Shown one piece after another: positions 37,301-50,884 of a stretch of 64,000 nt of DNA. Origin of the DNA: Yuukianura sp. NJ FZ-2021 (Eukaryota); the NCBI GenBank assembly GCA_046563655.1, contig CM102283.1:7874001-7938000 (forward strand), in the 5' to 3' direction. How positions within the stretch are numbered: position 1 is the stretch's first letter; each line of letters begins with the position of its first letter. A program made the translations under genes and the position numbers. The notes below the pieces were generated by a model. The model saw nothing but the letters and a program-made list of their open reading frames with translations. It did no database searches and had not been told where the DNA came from.

Positions 37301-40300
37301 CCCAGAACGTAATGGAATATGGGGAACCCCAGTTCTTTCCAGGTAGGTGCCAGGCTATAACCGCTGTTTTAGATTTCCAAATTTTGAAAAACTGAAATTA
37401 TTGAAAAATTGAAGTACTTTTTTTTGAAATTTTTTGTAGGTAACTGTGTAGGTTACCTCGAAACGATACTGGAAGAGACGGACGAGGACTGTGAAGAGGA
37501 GGAGGGAAGTTCTGGTCGCCATTGGTGGACGCCTGATAGTGACACAGATACTGAATCCGTCATTCGAATTGATCCTGCCGCAGCACATACTGCCAGTACC
37601 GACCGCCAAAACCCGTCCACCATTCCGTCCTTTCAGAAGTTACAAAAGGACGGAACCAACTTTCCGTCCACTGGACTTCCGTCCATGGGAAGCCTCCTTA
37701 CCGAAAGTACTTCATCCCCCTCCTCTCCACCGTTCCATACGACTGCCAGTTCCAAGCCATTTGAAATGGAGAACTTGTATTTATTTGATCAATTGGATTT
37801 GGCTTTTGAAGAAACTTTGATGAAACCACGCAGAAGAACTGGATTTGCCTTTGAACCGGAACTGCACCTACCAATTCTGGAAAATCCCCAATTGGATGCT
37901 GAAAAAGAAGTTTCTGATGAAAATGTGCCAGAAGAAGCTCTAGAAGTTGGAAATTCCTGCCAATCAGATACTGCAGATGACCAGTTGACCTGTCAGGACG
38001 AGGTCAACGAAGATGCAAATGCAGAAGATGTAGAAGACGACGAGCAACCAGCAGTTGTCAACGAAGAAGATTTCTTCTGTTCATCGCAATCCTGTTCGGA
38101 AGATGAAAATTCCCTAAGTGAAACAGAATCTTCTGATGACTCTACAAGTACAAGTTCGGACGAAGATAAAAAGTCGGGAATCGTTTTAGCTGAATTTTCA
38201 ATGCAAAATTATCCAAACTCCAACGACGGTTGTGGTGAAATGTACAAAAACAGTCATGCGCATCCGCATCGACGCTCCTATGAAGCTCCCTCCAAGATTC
38301 GGTCGTTCCGAAGTTACGATAGTTTGAACAGCCTAATTGGAACGGAACTCCTTTTTTCAAATCCAGATACTTTTCCGTCCGTGGTCCAATCGACTGGAAA
38401 GCAATTCCAGGATGCTGGCAGCATTTTGGAGCTGGAAGGCAGTAGTACTGGAGAAACGAGTAGAAGTAGCAGTACGGAGGACAAGGTGGTTGCCAGTCGG
38501 AAGAATTCGGGTGAAGCTTCTAGTGAAAACCTATCAGAGGACAGTGGGATCCATGACCTCTTGCCATGTCAACAAATTACGCCTGAGGCGAGTCCTTATC
38601 AACCCAAGGCCGAATTTGCTCTAAATCCATTCATCTACTCTTCCGCTTCCGAGGACAGCTCAATGTTGAGTTATAATTATACTGGCAGTACTACTGGCGA
38701 GGTCATGGAAAACAAAAGTTTGGACTCAGATGGAGGTGTTGTTGTCAACGTCAATTGTGGCCAAGTCAACAATAATGAAGTTGGATCCACTCGTCCCCTG
38801 CTGGTCTTGGCCACCCAAACGACAAGTGAGAGTGGTTATATCACCGAACAGGTTACGCCGTCCACCAATATTATCGAAGATGGTTTCAATACAATCACCA
38901 CGACTACTTTCCATCATTATCAGTATCACCATTATACCAACAATAGACAAGAACCAGCGGGAGAAACTACTTTGGTGGATGTAAACAGGACAGAAGGTCT
39001 AGTGATGATTGAAAGTGGGCCAATGTCAACCTTGGGAAGTAGTGACGATGGAGCTTGTGAGTCGAGAGGGCTGACTAATCCTTCGCCTGAAGTGGAACAA
39101 CCAACATTAGTCCCAATGGGCTCTACACGAGGTGATTACTACGAGTCGGAGTTAAATTCTCTGCTACTTCTACTCCCTGTACCATTAGCACCGGGAGTAA
39201 GACTCCCTGTCCCAGTGGCAGAATCTAGGAGGGAAGTTATAGAAGTAAGGCGATCAAACAGCGTCCCATCTTCACCAACATCAACATCAAACTATGAAAC
39301 GAGAGAATATTGGCACGAGCAGTCCAGTCAACAACGTTCTGTCGACGAATTCAGTCAACCGTACTCATCATACAAACCGTATCCGACAAGTCTCAGTTTT
39401 AGTCAGGAGCAGCCAATATATCAGAATGTGCTTCCAGAAGTTCAGAAGTACAATCAGGACATAGAGTTCCCCAGGGTTCAGCAGCACAATCAGCACATCG
39501 AAGTCACCGAGGTTCGGCAGTATAATCAGCACATAGAGTTCCCCGAAGTTCAGCAGAGTAATCAGCACATCGAGGTCTCTGAGGCTCCGTATAAGCAGTA
39601 CATTGAGCATCCTGAGGTGCAGTACAAGCAGTACATTGAGCATTCCGAAGTTGCTGGGAAGATTTTGAGCGAGTGCCAGCATCCTCCTGCGGAAGAGGCT
39701 AATTTTGGACTGTTACCCGCCACCGACCTGGTGTTACCCGCAGTACCAGAACCAGTTGAACCCCGAACTTCGGAGGAGCCAGACTATGTTACTCTTGTGA
39801 GAAACGAAGAGGATGGGGGAAGAAGCTGCGTCGTACATGTACTACCCTCCCCAGTTGAAGTTTATCCTCTGGCAAGAGAAGACGTAATATACGATGCAGT
39901 CAATAGCTGGCCAAAAGTGGATCCAATTGTACCAAGTGGAGTGAGTACTAATCCGTTTTTAGAACAACAATTGGCGCCAATTTTAGAACAAGAGCAGCAA
40001 TTGCCGCCACTAGTTGGACAAAAATTGACATCAATAGCAGAAGAGGACATTGACATTATGCAAGTGGAGCCAGCAAGAGCCAGTTCACCTTCGGTCAGTA
40101 GTGTTCCAATACCTATAAAAACTTATGGTGGAGCAAGGAACAATGATGTGGCAGTATATTTGGTGCCAAGTGGGTCATCTAGAACGCCAAGTCCGACTGT
40201 CCCGAATCCATCAACGACAGTAAACGATCCAGAAACTGGTTCTGCCACGGGCTCACTAACGAAAACGAAAACAGTACACTTTAGTCCTGTTGTGTCTGAA

Positions 40301-43300
40301 ATCAGTTGGCGGGAAAGTTATGCCGAACCGTGTCCAGAAGACAATGATCCCGAATCTCCATACTACAATCCGAATGGACAAGAGCATCACGATGACCCGG
40401 ACGGTAACCATGGCGACATTGAGCCGATTGAAAAAGTACAAGTACATAGTCAAGTGCTATCAGAGCCTTTACCGATGGTCATTCCCAAGACAGAGAAAGA
40501 GCGATTGATGGCCCTTGAGCCCACTGCTGACGAACCACCGCGCATGTCCAGCGTACCGGATCTGGTCAGTCAGTGTGTCCCGAATACTGCGCAGCATCAA
40601 CAACAACAACAGAGTTTGCAGCATCATGATGAAGTTGACGCTTCTCCGCCGTTAGAGTTGAATGGAGACCAAGGTCGTCCTTATTACTTCCAACAACAAA
40701 TTTTTCCAGCAATGTTTGTGGCTACACCCAAGGAAGCAGCGGAAGTCAATCAAGTCCACTTTAAAAAGAATGGCAAGAAGGCCACCTATGTTGCCCCACC
40801 AACAATTCCCGCCAATGGTACTGCCAGTACTACTGCCCCACTCCCACCAAAATCTACCACCAAACCAACTTCTGGCAAAAGAGGAGCAGAAAAAGATGAA
40901 AGTGTTGCAAAAGAAACAAAATCCAAACCCGGTTTTTTTCAACGTCTTTCGAAAATCCGGCTCTCTGGTAGCAACAAAAACAAGCAACCAAAGACAAAAG
41001 TATTTCCAAAAGAAATTGAGCCCTTGAATGGTAGCAATAATCCGAAGGGAGAAGTGGCCGTAGGCCCTACGATTCTAAAGAAAGGGCCCCCCAGTCCCTT
41101 GGTGCTTCAAGACCACTTAACACCGTCACCACCAGACTCATCAATCAATCACAACGGAACCAAAGCAGCTCCACAGGCCAAAGAACATGACGAGTGCTCT
41201 GAAGCATTTGAAAATATCTTAGAAGAAATCGCTGGACTGAACACGATTTTGCAGCGACAACAATTTCCAGCAGGTTCTGGTCAACTGAACTCCAGCAGTG
41301 GCGGATCAAGCGGTGGCAAAAGATTATTTGCCGAAAGGAAACAATTTTTAATCAACCCAGAAACTCAGGCTGCTGACAAGAGTTCGACTACACTTGACTC
41401 CAAGTTGAGTCAATTCAAAGAGGAGGCGTCAAGGACCAGAGATCAAATTTCAAGGTCACATCCAGATCTGGAAACAATCGAAGAGCTGACGTCTCGGAGA
41501 CAACAACAACAGGGCGGGGGTTCGAGTCCTGGAGGACTCGATGACGTAACAATGAAAATAAAACCGGAATCGCCTGGTCGGGGTCGAACCGAAACGAAAA
41601 CGAATGAACGGGAGTGGTATCGTCTACTTCGGTCGGCTGCTGAGAAGTACTATCATGGTGGACGAAAAGCTGACGATCCAGTGGGACAGTCTACGGGTAT
41701 TGTTGAAACGGACTTGGACACGGGTGAGTCAGTGACCTTATTCTTTTTTGTTAGGTTATGATCAGGGATGTCAAAAATATTTAGTCTTCATGCCCGTAAT
41801 ATTCAGACCTGCCAAAAATATTTACTAAAAACCAGCTAAATATTTAAATAAGTGCAATATTTACTGAAAAAGGTTGAAATATTTACGAACTTAAGATTAA
41901 GGGCCGGGGTAAATAAATAAATATTAAATAACAAAAGAGCCGAAATATTGATTTTGTTAACATTACAGGCATGTGAATTACAGGCATATTTTTGGCCGGT
42001 CTGGTAATATTAAAAAAAAAATACCTCCGAGTTTTTGGTTAAAAATATTTATTTATTTGCCCATTCCCTGAATGTTAAGTTGAGTAAAACAGTTGGTCGA
42101 TTTTTAAAAAATATTTTTTTTATTCATATTTTGGGCGTTTTTGGTACATATTTTTGACAACCCTGGTTGTGATTAAGTGCTGATGAATGCTGAACATGAT
42201 GACGGATGGTGGTAGAGTTGACCTCTTGGAAGAAAGTGAGTGATGAGGTCACCGCTGCCTTTGATCATCCCATGAATCATTTCATAATCTATGAAAATTT
42301 TGGTTAGTTAGGAGAAAAAATTGTTATTGGAGCAAGGAAGTAGCGACAGCGAGACGCTTTGTACATTTTAATCTTGTAACGATGACAAGAAAGTCAATTT
42401 GAGTTTGTCCTGTTCAAAATCTTCATGGTTAAAGTTTAAACTTTAACGAGACGTGTCTGGTGCGTCATTTTGAAGCTTTTTGCGTCTCAGAACCAACAAG
42501 TTTCACTTATGTAACCAATTCACGGTTTTGTTAAATGTAAATTGTTCAACTTTTTATGCACGACCATGCTGTATAAAATTGGTTCCGCATTTAACATTCC
42601 TCAGTTTTTTTATTCAGTTAAAAGAATCAAATTTCATTTGGTTTTTTCCTTCTGATTTAGTTTCCATTTTAATTTTAGTTTTTTTATTTCGGTACATTTT
42701 TCACTTTTAGTAGTTTGCAGTTTTTTTTTTCGAAAAAGTGCACAAACTTGGTGCGAAGAGAGACATAATGAAGTTGATGTTTGTTGAAGAAGAAAAATCT
42801 GAAGATGCTTTTAGTCTAATTGAATTTAGACTGTCCTTGGAGAGACAGCTTTTTAGAAACAGACCACGCCCTGGTCGTTGTTCATTTGTAAATGGATCGA
42901 GACAGGAGAAATTTTAGGCTTTCCTTATGAGGGAGAGAAGTTTATGAGAAAATGGATGATTTCCTTGCGTGTTGTTTACAAATAAAATGTCCAATTTCTT
43001 AAAAACTTTTTTCTTTGATAAAGTTTTGTGTCCAAAAGTACAAACTTTGTACTGTTCAAAGTCCACTACAGTAAAAGAGCTCCATCATTTTCAAAAAGTT
43101 GTTTGAATTTTTGAAAAAGAGTTGAGAAAGTGCAGAAGTGACAGGTTAGCTCATGTGGTGAGACGGTTTTACAGTGGAAAGTTTTAGTTGAAGTTCAACG
43201 GAAAGAGTTGGTTCAATGTTAGTTTTTAAAAAGTTTAAAAAAAAACTTTCTTATAAAAAAAAAACTTCTTTTTGACGAAAAAGGAAAAACATTATGTGTG

Positions 43301-46300
43301 CGAACAGTTTGCGAGTGGAGTCTGCACATTATCAAAGCTTAACGTGTAATGTCAATGTCCAAATTTTAAAATCCGTCTTTTTTAAAATTGTGTTTAGAGG
43401 TTGTTCACTTTTTTAGAAAAGTAAACATGCACGCTGTGACACTTTTAGAACTTGAAGTGGCTGGTTTTGTGTCAGGAGTAAACAAGTAAACAGTTTGACT
43501 TTTGACAATGGTGTTTTTGTTACAATTGAAATATAATGGCTGGAGCAAATTAAAACCAAGTGAGAGTAATTGGTTAATAACGGCCTTTACTTTCATTTTT
43601 ATGGTGCAGGAGAACGTTAACGTTAAGAATGTAACAATTCCAGCGCCAGATTTGAATTGTGTTGTGCTGGATTTGAATTTTGTGGCGCTGGAATTTTGTT
43701 TTGAAGGGAGAAAAGCTGTTTTAAAGGGCTAGAATGGAAGCACAACATGCTGGAGCTGGATCATGAGAAAGTAGCAGCAGTGACTTCCGGTTGTGTTTTT
43801 GTGGGCGCGCGTGCCATTAAAGCAAAGCTGTACATCGTTCTTAAGCTGTCAAGCGATGTAAGAGTAACTGTTAAGCCACAGCCGGAGTCCATATGTTGTC
43901 CCTGACGCTTAAATTACCATTTTCCGCTTCTACGACTTTTGTATTTGAAGCTTCACTTCATGCTTTAACTAGGAAGTCCAGAAAATTTTAAGAAATTTAT
44001 GTTTTAACTTGAATTTCAAGGTTTTAAAGCAGTTTTCGACGACGTTTGGAAAATAAAGTTCATTCAAAGAGCAAAACCTGTGCTTTGGTTGCACTTTGTA
44101 AAAATTTGGTTTTGGCGAATTTTGATTTGTAAAAAAATAGTATGGTGGCACGTTTTGGTCAAGAAAAAAATTTTCTCAGAAACTGTTTTAAAACTTTTTT
44201 TTTAATGTAGAAAGTGAAACCACCGAAAATAATTCATTTTCTGAAAATTTTGAATCAGTGGGTGGTGCTAAGAGATTTGTAAGCTGTTAGAGAAACGTGG
44301 GCAAAAATTTTCGACATTTTTTTTTCTTTTTCGCACTACACAAATCATTTTCAAGCGTTTTTAGTCAAAATTTTACTTTATACGACTTTAGGATATTTGT
44401 GAAGTTCGGTTAAAAGTTAAATGTTAGCCTAACCTAACTGCGGAAGTGTTAATGGAAAGAGATTAGAAGTTACATTAGGGAAGCGATTAAAATCTTAAGG
44501 AACTTGTGAACTGTCACCCTGAATGCAATGCAAACAGTTTGAAAAATTTCCTTTTTTTGAAGATGCGTTTTCTAAATAAGGAGTGATGGTTTTGGTGGTA
44601 ATGGAGTAGCGACAGTAGTGTAAAAAAGGCTCTTTCATTTGAATTATTTCAATGCCACCAAAGGGAAAACCATTATGGTAATTCAAGACTATTCAACTTT
44701 CAGCTTCAACGTTCCTAATGGCATCATTATTTCTGTTTTTGTGAAAAAAGATTTTTTGTGGGATAATTCAATTTGTTCCTTAAAAAACCGTAACTGTACT
44801 ACTTTTCAAGATCTTGGTTTTTCAACAACGCATGGATTTCAAACAGCCTTTTTCTTAAATCCGGGAAAGGAAATGTCAGATCCAGTTTAGCTTGGAGCGA
44901 AAAGATCATGTTCTTTTTAGTTTCAACTTTGTTGTTTTGTTTTGAACAGACATGATACTGCTGCTAGGAACAAAATTTCAACTAATTTGGAACTTTGATC
45001 TTCGCATGAGTGAAGTTCAAGTTCTCTTCAGATTTTATCAAACTTGAAAACTTCGAACAAAAAGAAACTTAAAGAACAAAAGTTTTCACAAAATTTCAAT
45101 TTCTTCCAAACTTAATTGATTTTGTTAAACTTGGAGTTGAAAATGCACTGAAGCTTCACTTTTTAGTTGTAATTTTTCATTTTGATTTTTTGCTGTGTTT
45201 TTTCTGCTCGTTCAAAGACGTTCTTAGAACATGATTTTCTATTTTTGTTAACCATAAAAACATAACTGTTGCTGGAAAAATGAGTTTTTTAGTACTTTTG
45301 AATCGTAATCTTTTTGAAGAGTGAAGATGAAATGGAAAACAGATCCCTTGTTAAGGTTCTGGTAGTTGGAAGACATATTTTAGTAGAAGTGGGATTAAAA
45401 TTGAGGAATCTGGTACTGAAGATGACACTCTAGAATAGCCCATTCCCATACTTAACATTAGTTAGAAGATCATTCACTTTACCAATTTCAAGGTTGGTGA
45501 TGATGCTAATTCCTTCAAAAATATGCAGGATACACCCACTTCTGAACATTTTTACTGGCAACTCACCAACATCTTTGGTCCACCATTAGCAAAACATGCA
45601 AACATACAAAATTTTAAATATGCTATATTAATATTACCAAAAATGAAAAAAAAAAAACAATTGAAAATTTTAATTTGATCTTATCTTAATTTTTAATTTT
45701 TATCAATAATTGATAAACTTCAAACTTTCGTTGCAACTTTTAGTTTTGTATCTGAAAGTTTCAATTCTACTCTGAAAGTTTTCTGGTCTTGAACAGTGGA
45801 ATTGAACAGTTGTTTAAAAAGATTTTTGTCTCTGTTGCATCTTTTTAGAAAAAATGTTGAAGAGCATCTTGTACTTTGAAAAGTTTAAAGTTTAGTGACT
45901 CTCCCCTTCCGTCGTTCCGTCTGCCAAAGTTAACTTTATTCTGAGTGCGTTGCAGGTCCTAAATCCACCAATAGGAGTGGAGAAAGACTTATTTTTGTCG
46001 GTGGCGTCAGTCTGTCGGTTTGAGAAGCCTGTGAAGATCGTGGGTGATTTTTATTTTTATGTGAATGCAGAGTTGTATAAGACGTCGACAGAAGAGTTAA
46101 ATGTACGACTGCACAAGAAAAGTATAAAGTTGAAGATGTTTCTCATGGGAAAAGAAAAAACACGGAGGATGAGCAGTTTCAATTTGAAACTTTCAAATTG
46201 GATCCATTTCTGTTATTGCGAATTTCCGTTTTTTTTTGCAGCTCCACCTCCGTCAAAGGATTCCGAAATTCTGTTGAGAGTTTGAATTTCTTAGTTTTTT

Positions 46301-49300
46301 TTCGTTTGGATTCTGTCAAAGTAGGAAGTGTTTTCAATTTCAGCTGAAATAGGAAGTGTTTGTTGCATTTTTGGGTTTGCGTTAGAGTAAGGCGAGGTCT
46401 GTTGACAGTTTGATTGGGTGACATTGAGATATGTCCGGGTAGAGTTTACTGCGTAGTCAAGTTTCAATTTTTTTTGAAATTTCGAAACAAGTTTGGATCT
46501 GGACCAGGATATTTTAGGGTTGAAGTGTAAACGGGAGTGAAAGTTGGGTAGATTCCAGGAATTTTCGTGAAAATTTTCCTTGAAAAGTTTCCACAGCTTC
46601 CAGATCTCAAAACTTTCACTTTCAGGATCGCACTTTCTCCGTCTCTTCTGTTTTTGTGCGTTTGAACAAGGGTGAATGACCTGGAACAAGGCTGCTGCGT
46701 GTGCAGCTCGTTTCAAAGCATAGGTTAGGCTTAAGCTAAGCTAAACCTAAGCTTGAGAGGAACCTTTTCTGCTGTGATCGTATCGTACCCGGATAGACTT
46801 GTTTTGATCCACGGCGACTTCTGGGGAAAGTTGATACCGCGACGATTCTTCTGTTCAAGTTGGCTCATGGTCCTTGTTTTCTTTTATAAACAACAACTTT
46901 CTTTTTTGAAACACGCCAAATGCATTTTCGACTTTCTCTTTTCCTTTTCATGAACTTGCAGAAGATGTTCAGGTTGTTAGTGCGAATCGAAGTCTCCCCG
47001 GGGAAATTCTGGAGGGCATGCAGCGATGCAGCATGAAAGCAAGGCTAAGGGCTTAAAGTCATTCATTGATTTTCCTATTATGTGCGGATCGGCGGTGCCA
47101 CGGCCGCGGTGGAGTGTTTTAGAAATTTGAGCGCGTCTTGTTCGTGATGCACTGTCTAATAATACCTACAGCTATTTTTGGAAATAGCTTTTGTTCTTTT
47201 TCGAAAACGAGAGCCAAAAGGAGAGATGAAAAAGAAAATGAAAAGTGAAAACGTGTTATTACGAATAGCAATTGAATGACTCAAGAAAGGAATTTTACGA
47301 GACAGGTTTTATTACCTTGAGGTTTTTTTCAATAACGTAGAAAACGAGTCTGGAATTGTCGTTTGAACGAGCTAAAGAACATTAAGTTTTTCCAGTCCAG
47401 GAAATGATGGGGACCAATGTCAATGTCAGGCCTAGCACTATTTTAAGTTTAGTTTTTCAAAAATTTCTGTTACTAGATTCTGTGAAAATCTGAAGATTTT
47501 GGGCTAAAGCACGGAAAATTTCTTAATTTTTTGTTAGTTTTTGAAGGTCGGGCTGCTTTTTATAAGAAAATGTTTATGTTAGGTTAGTTTTAGTTGAGAA
47601 ACTTGAAAGTTAATGTTAGTTGATGTTGTTGTTGTTTTTTCCAGGAACAAGTCGAGAGTTGCTGGATGCTGAATTGGTAATTCTGGATGACCTGGCCATG
47701 TCCCCACCCCTCCCGACGTCACTCCCCCCATCAGGGGGTGGTGGTGGTGCTAAGGCTCAGAGCTTAACTAACCTAACCAGTGGACGTGCACTAAAGTTGT
47801 CCATAGCACCAGATCATACTTCAGATGGAACTGATCCAGAGGCAGAAGAGAGAGCCAAATCCCTCGAATTCTTGTTGGATGAAAAGCAGAAGAGCGCTGC
47901 AAGCGTAAGTTTCTGAAAATTAATAAACTTGAGCGTTTTGGAATTCCAAAAATGTTTCAAAAATTCCCCAAAGCATTTATAACAACTTTTATATAGACAA
48001 ACTGCCGCTTCGAGTGGATGTATTTTGTACATTTTGTTTGAACAGCGCGGTAAATTAGACGCCGAATCACGGAACTCTTTCAGCGATTAATTTATTTTTC
48101 CTTAATCTGCTCCAGCGATCTTAAGCAGTTTCGGTTTCATTGCACAATAAATCTTGGTAGTTTAAAGGGACTGAATGCTGAAGAATGTTAAAATTACGTG
48201 CAAAGTTCCATTTACAGCACCACATAAACTGTTTCTGTTTGGAGTTTACTTTTCATGACAGATTTAATATGTTCAAACTGCAACATTTTCTGAAGCTTTC
48301 GGCTTAAATGTGAAGGTTTCTGCATTCTGCAGCAGAAACGGTTTGGATTTTTGGGATATAAATTATCGACATGCTTAGATTTTTCCTTTTTTGGTTGCCA
48401 TGACGCCATTACAGTTTAGACCTGTTTGTATAAACTAAAAGTGCAAATGGAAAAATGGCAGTGATGACAGGTTGGAGCAGTTTTAAATCCGTGTGAATTT
48501 ATCTTATGTTGCATACCCAGTACTGCCAAATATATCCAGCACATTTTCCATCTTTGAGAAACGGCAAAGCTTTGGCTTAAGTTGGGACTAATGGAATTTG
48601 ACTTTGAGCTGCTTTTATCCGGCATCACTTTCGAACTTTTCCTCAAATTGGTGAAAATTTGACAAAATTTTGAAACTTGTAGCGATTTAGAAAGTTAACC
48701 GAGGTGTTAGGTTGTAAATAAAGCTTTCAGGAATTCATTGATGCTTTAGCTGAACTTTGGAATGAGTTTAACTTTAATGTTTGTTTTTTATGTTTGTTTT
48801 TACAGCCGCCTGAGAACAAATTGCAACAAGACAATCGACATTTATCAGAACATGAGCTCCGTGTGGAACGGTCACTGCAGAGGATCAACGTGCCGGAATG
48901 GTACCGACGACATAGTTACAGAAGCAAAAGTGCTGAAAGAGATCGGTCCGAACTGAAAAAAGACACGCCATTGGTCAGTTCCACTGGAACTACTGCACTC
49001 CAGCTACTCAAGAGAAACGACTATGGAAGCTCGGGCGGATTAGCTGGAGGTAAAATTTGAAAAATCGAACATATTTTTAATGTAATAGAATGTGGTGGGG
49101 AAAATTTTTTTTAGTTTTTTCTACATGCTTTTGGTGAATGATTATGGAAGAAAATTATGACTTTGGTTTCTGCAAAAATCTTTACTTCAAAATCTAACAT
49201 CATGTTTTCATCTAATCATTTTTTGTAAGAGCTAAAAAAATTGAAATATTTTTACTGTGTGTTTGGTTGCAGGTTGGGCAGGACTGTCGGCCTATCGAAC

Positions 49301-50884
49301 TCCGTCACTCTCCAGTCTTGGCAATGGTGGTCTGACGACTGGTAAGTTTTCAAAAAAAAAGTTTTGGAAATTTTGAATTTTAAAAGTGTCCAATTTCGTT
49401 AATCAGGCTAATTACTACTTGGACGTTCCAGTTTTTCAAAGTAATAGCTAACCTAGATGCAGTTTTTAATTTTTCTGTTATTTACACCTTCATAAACCCA
49501 GTTTTTGACGTGATGCTTTCCATATTTTTGTAACAAAAAATTTAGTTTTTCGTGTCCAAACTAAGCTAGCTTTTCTAGACAGATGAAACATAGCGTGACG
49601 ATGCTCTTTGTTAGTTTGGTTGCATTCCATCATGACTTTTTTTTACAAGTCTCCTCAATAACTATTAAGCCATGACGTGCAGATCTCATTTTTTTGGACC
49701 AATTGAACATTAGTGAGCATCCGGACCACAATGATGGATCATTCCGTGTCTTTGTCGAGTCATTTTGCAAGCTTATTTATCAGTAGGTGTTTGGGTTTGG
49801 TCAACATTCAGCAGTTCCATATTTGCTCATCTCTTAATTCAATTCTAACTTTAGTATAGTCTTCCAGTCGACTTTGTTTTGACGAGCTGTTTCCGTCTCT
49901 GGTTGAAAAAAAAGTATGTGAGAGACTAGCCAAAAAGTTCCTTGAGTTTTTTGAGTGACAGTTTCCTAATTAAAGTGAGTTTGAACCAATTTTGAAAATT
50001 GGACGGAGCGACGACGCGTCACGCCGGAAGTAAAAATGTTGAGTTGTGCGAAATTTTGAAATTTTGAATTTTTGTGATTTTAGGATCACTGAACCGATCC
50101 AACTTTGTTCGAGGACGACCGGCAACAATGAGTGCTACGAGGTCATCCAAGGAGTCACTTCTCAGTCCCAGTTCAACGGCGAGTCAAAGTCCATCGGCCT
50201 TTGAACGTTCCTCTTTCACGTATGAAAACATCCAGAAATCATAAAAAGTAGCGATTTTGAAATTTTGCAATGAATTTTTTGGATTTTTGCAGATACGGTA
50301 TGCCTCTGACGATGACACGCTTTGGAAAAGGCCGACTGAGCTCTACGTCCGGTACAAGTCCAGCCAGCGGTTCGTCTCCGTCAACGCCAGGCCAAACTTC
50401 ATCTTTGAGTGCCTATGTGAAGCAACCTTATTTGGGCTGGAGGTCACAAGAAAAGCTCCAAACTGTTGGAACCGCCGCGGCGACAACGTCGTCAAGCGGC
50501 CTAAGGCTGTCAACTTATCGTCCTCCAGCGGAACGCCTAGCTGCTGACATGCTAACGAGACAAAAGAAGACTCCGACTAGACCCACCGGAAGTGACCGAC
50601 CACCGTTGCCGAAATGGCCGTCCAGAACTGGATCTGACAAGGCCAAGACAATGTCCCTGCCACCCCAACCAGTGTCAGAGGAGATCCTGTTGTCACATGA
50701 CTTTCCACGTACAGCGTCTCCTTCAATACACGACTCTATCAAGGAAGTGACGGATGCCATAAGTGAATTTGTAACCAATGGACACGAGGGGCCACCCAAA
50801 CCGCAACCGAGAACAAAGAATGTCAAAAAACAGGCGCTTTGGTTTGAAAGTTCGTTTGTAGGAAAGAAGACGCAGACGCAGTGA
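34357..50884 (+). CDS. Large, mostly low-complexity uncharacterised protein, about 1969 aa. Exons 34357-34620, 37282-37342, 37440-41723, 47645-47904, 48806-49049, 49273-49341, 50084-50219, 50293-50884
   Basis: A 1450-codon ORF plus seven further exons with phase-compatible GT-AG junctions (5910 nt, in frame). Higher-complexity islands: YLETILEE, VHFSPVVSEISWRE, RAKSLEFLLD, PPENKLQ..SEHELRVERSLQRINVPEWY, QPYLGWRSQEKL, IHDSIKEVTDAI, WFESSFVG. Confidence 0.8.
35513..35824 (-). CDS. Small putative secreted protein (103 aa) nested antisense in intron 1 of the large gene
   Basis: MKTSLRLLIFLFSVEIMISA resembles a signal peptide and is followed by two copies of AFPFP(E/D)TTPW(P/S)TEKS. A candidate 5'UTR intron (donor near 35951, acceptor near 35857) and a TATA box lie upstream. 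Confidence 0.7.
   Translation of the reverse strand: MKTSLRLLIFLFSVEIMISAFPFPETTPWPTEKSSSAFPFPDTTPWSTEKSVERKKTTTPSTELQVLKLILDNDKKILKFLKTVEDPNSKSIKVTDQGQQKLN
35976..36013 (-). promoter_or_regulatory. Candidate TATA box plus Inr-like element for the nested secreted-peptide gene
   Basis: TATAAAAA at 36013-36006 and ACAGTT about 30 nt downstream on the minus strand. Confidence 0.5.
39436..39652 (+). repeat. Coding tandem repeat (33-36 bp, 11-12 aa, about 6 copies) inside the giant exon
   Basis: EVQKYNQDIEFP RVQQHNQHIEVT EVRQYNQHIEFP EVQQSNQHIEVS EAPYKQYIEHP EVQYKQYIEHS. Confidence 0.85.
41763..42165. mobile_element. hAT-type MITE (outer)
   Basis: TIR CAGGGATGTCAAAAATAT / ATATTTTTGACAACCCTG; 8-bp TSD GTTATGAT / GTTGTGAT (one mismatch). 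Confidence 0.8.
41804..42003. mobile_element. hAT-type MITE nested inside the previous MITE
   Basis: TIR CAGACCTGCCAAAAATAT / ATATTTTTGGCCGGTCTG; exact 8-bp TSD GTAATATT at 41796-41803 and 42004-42011. Confidence 0.8.
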
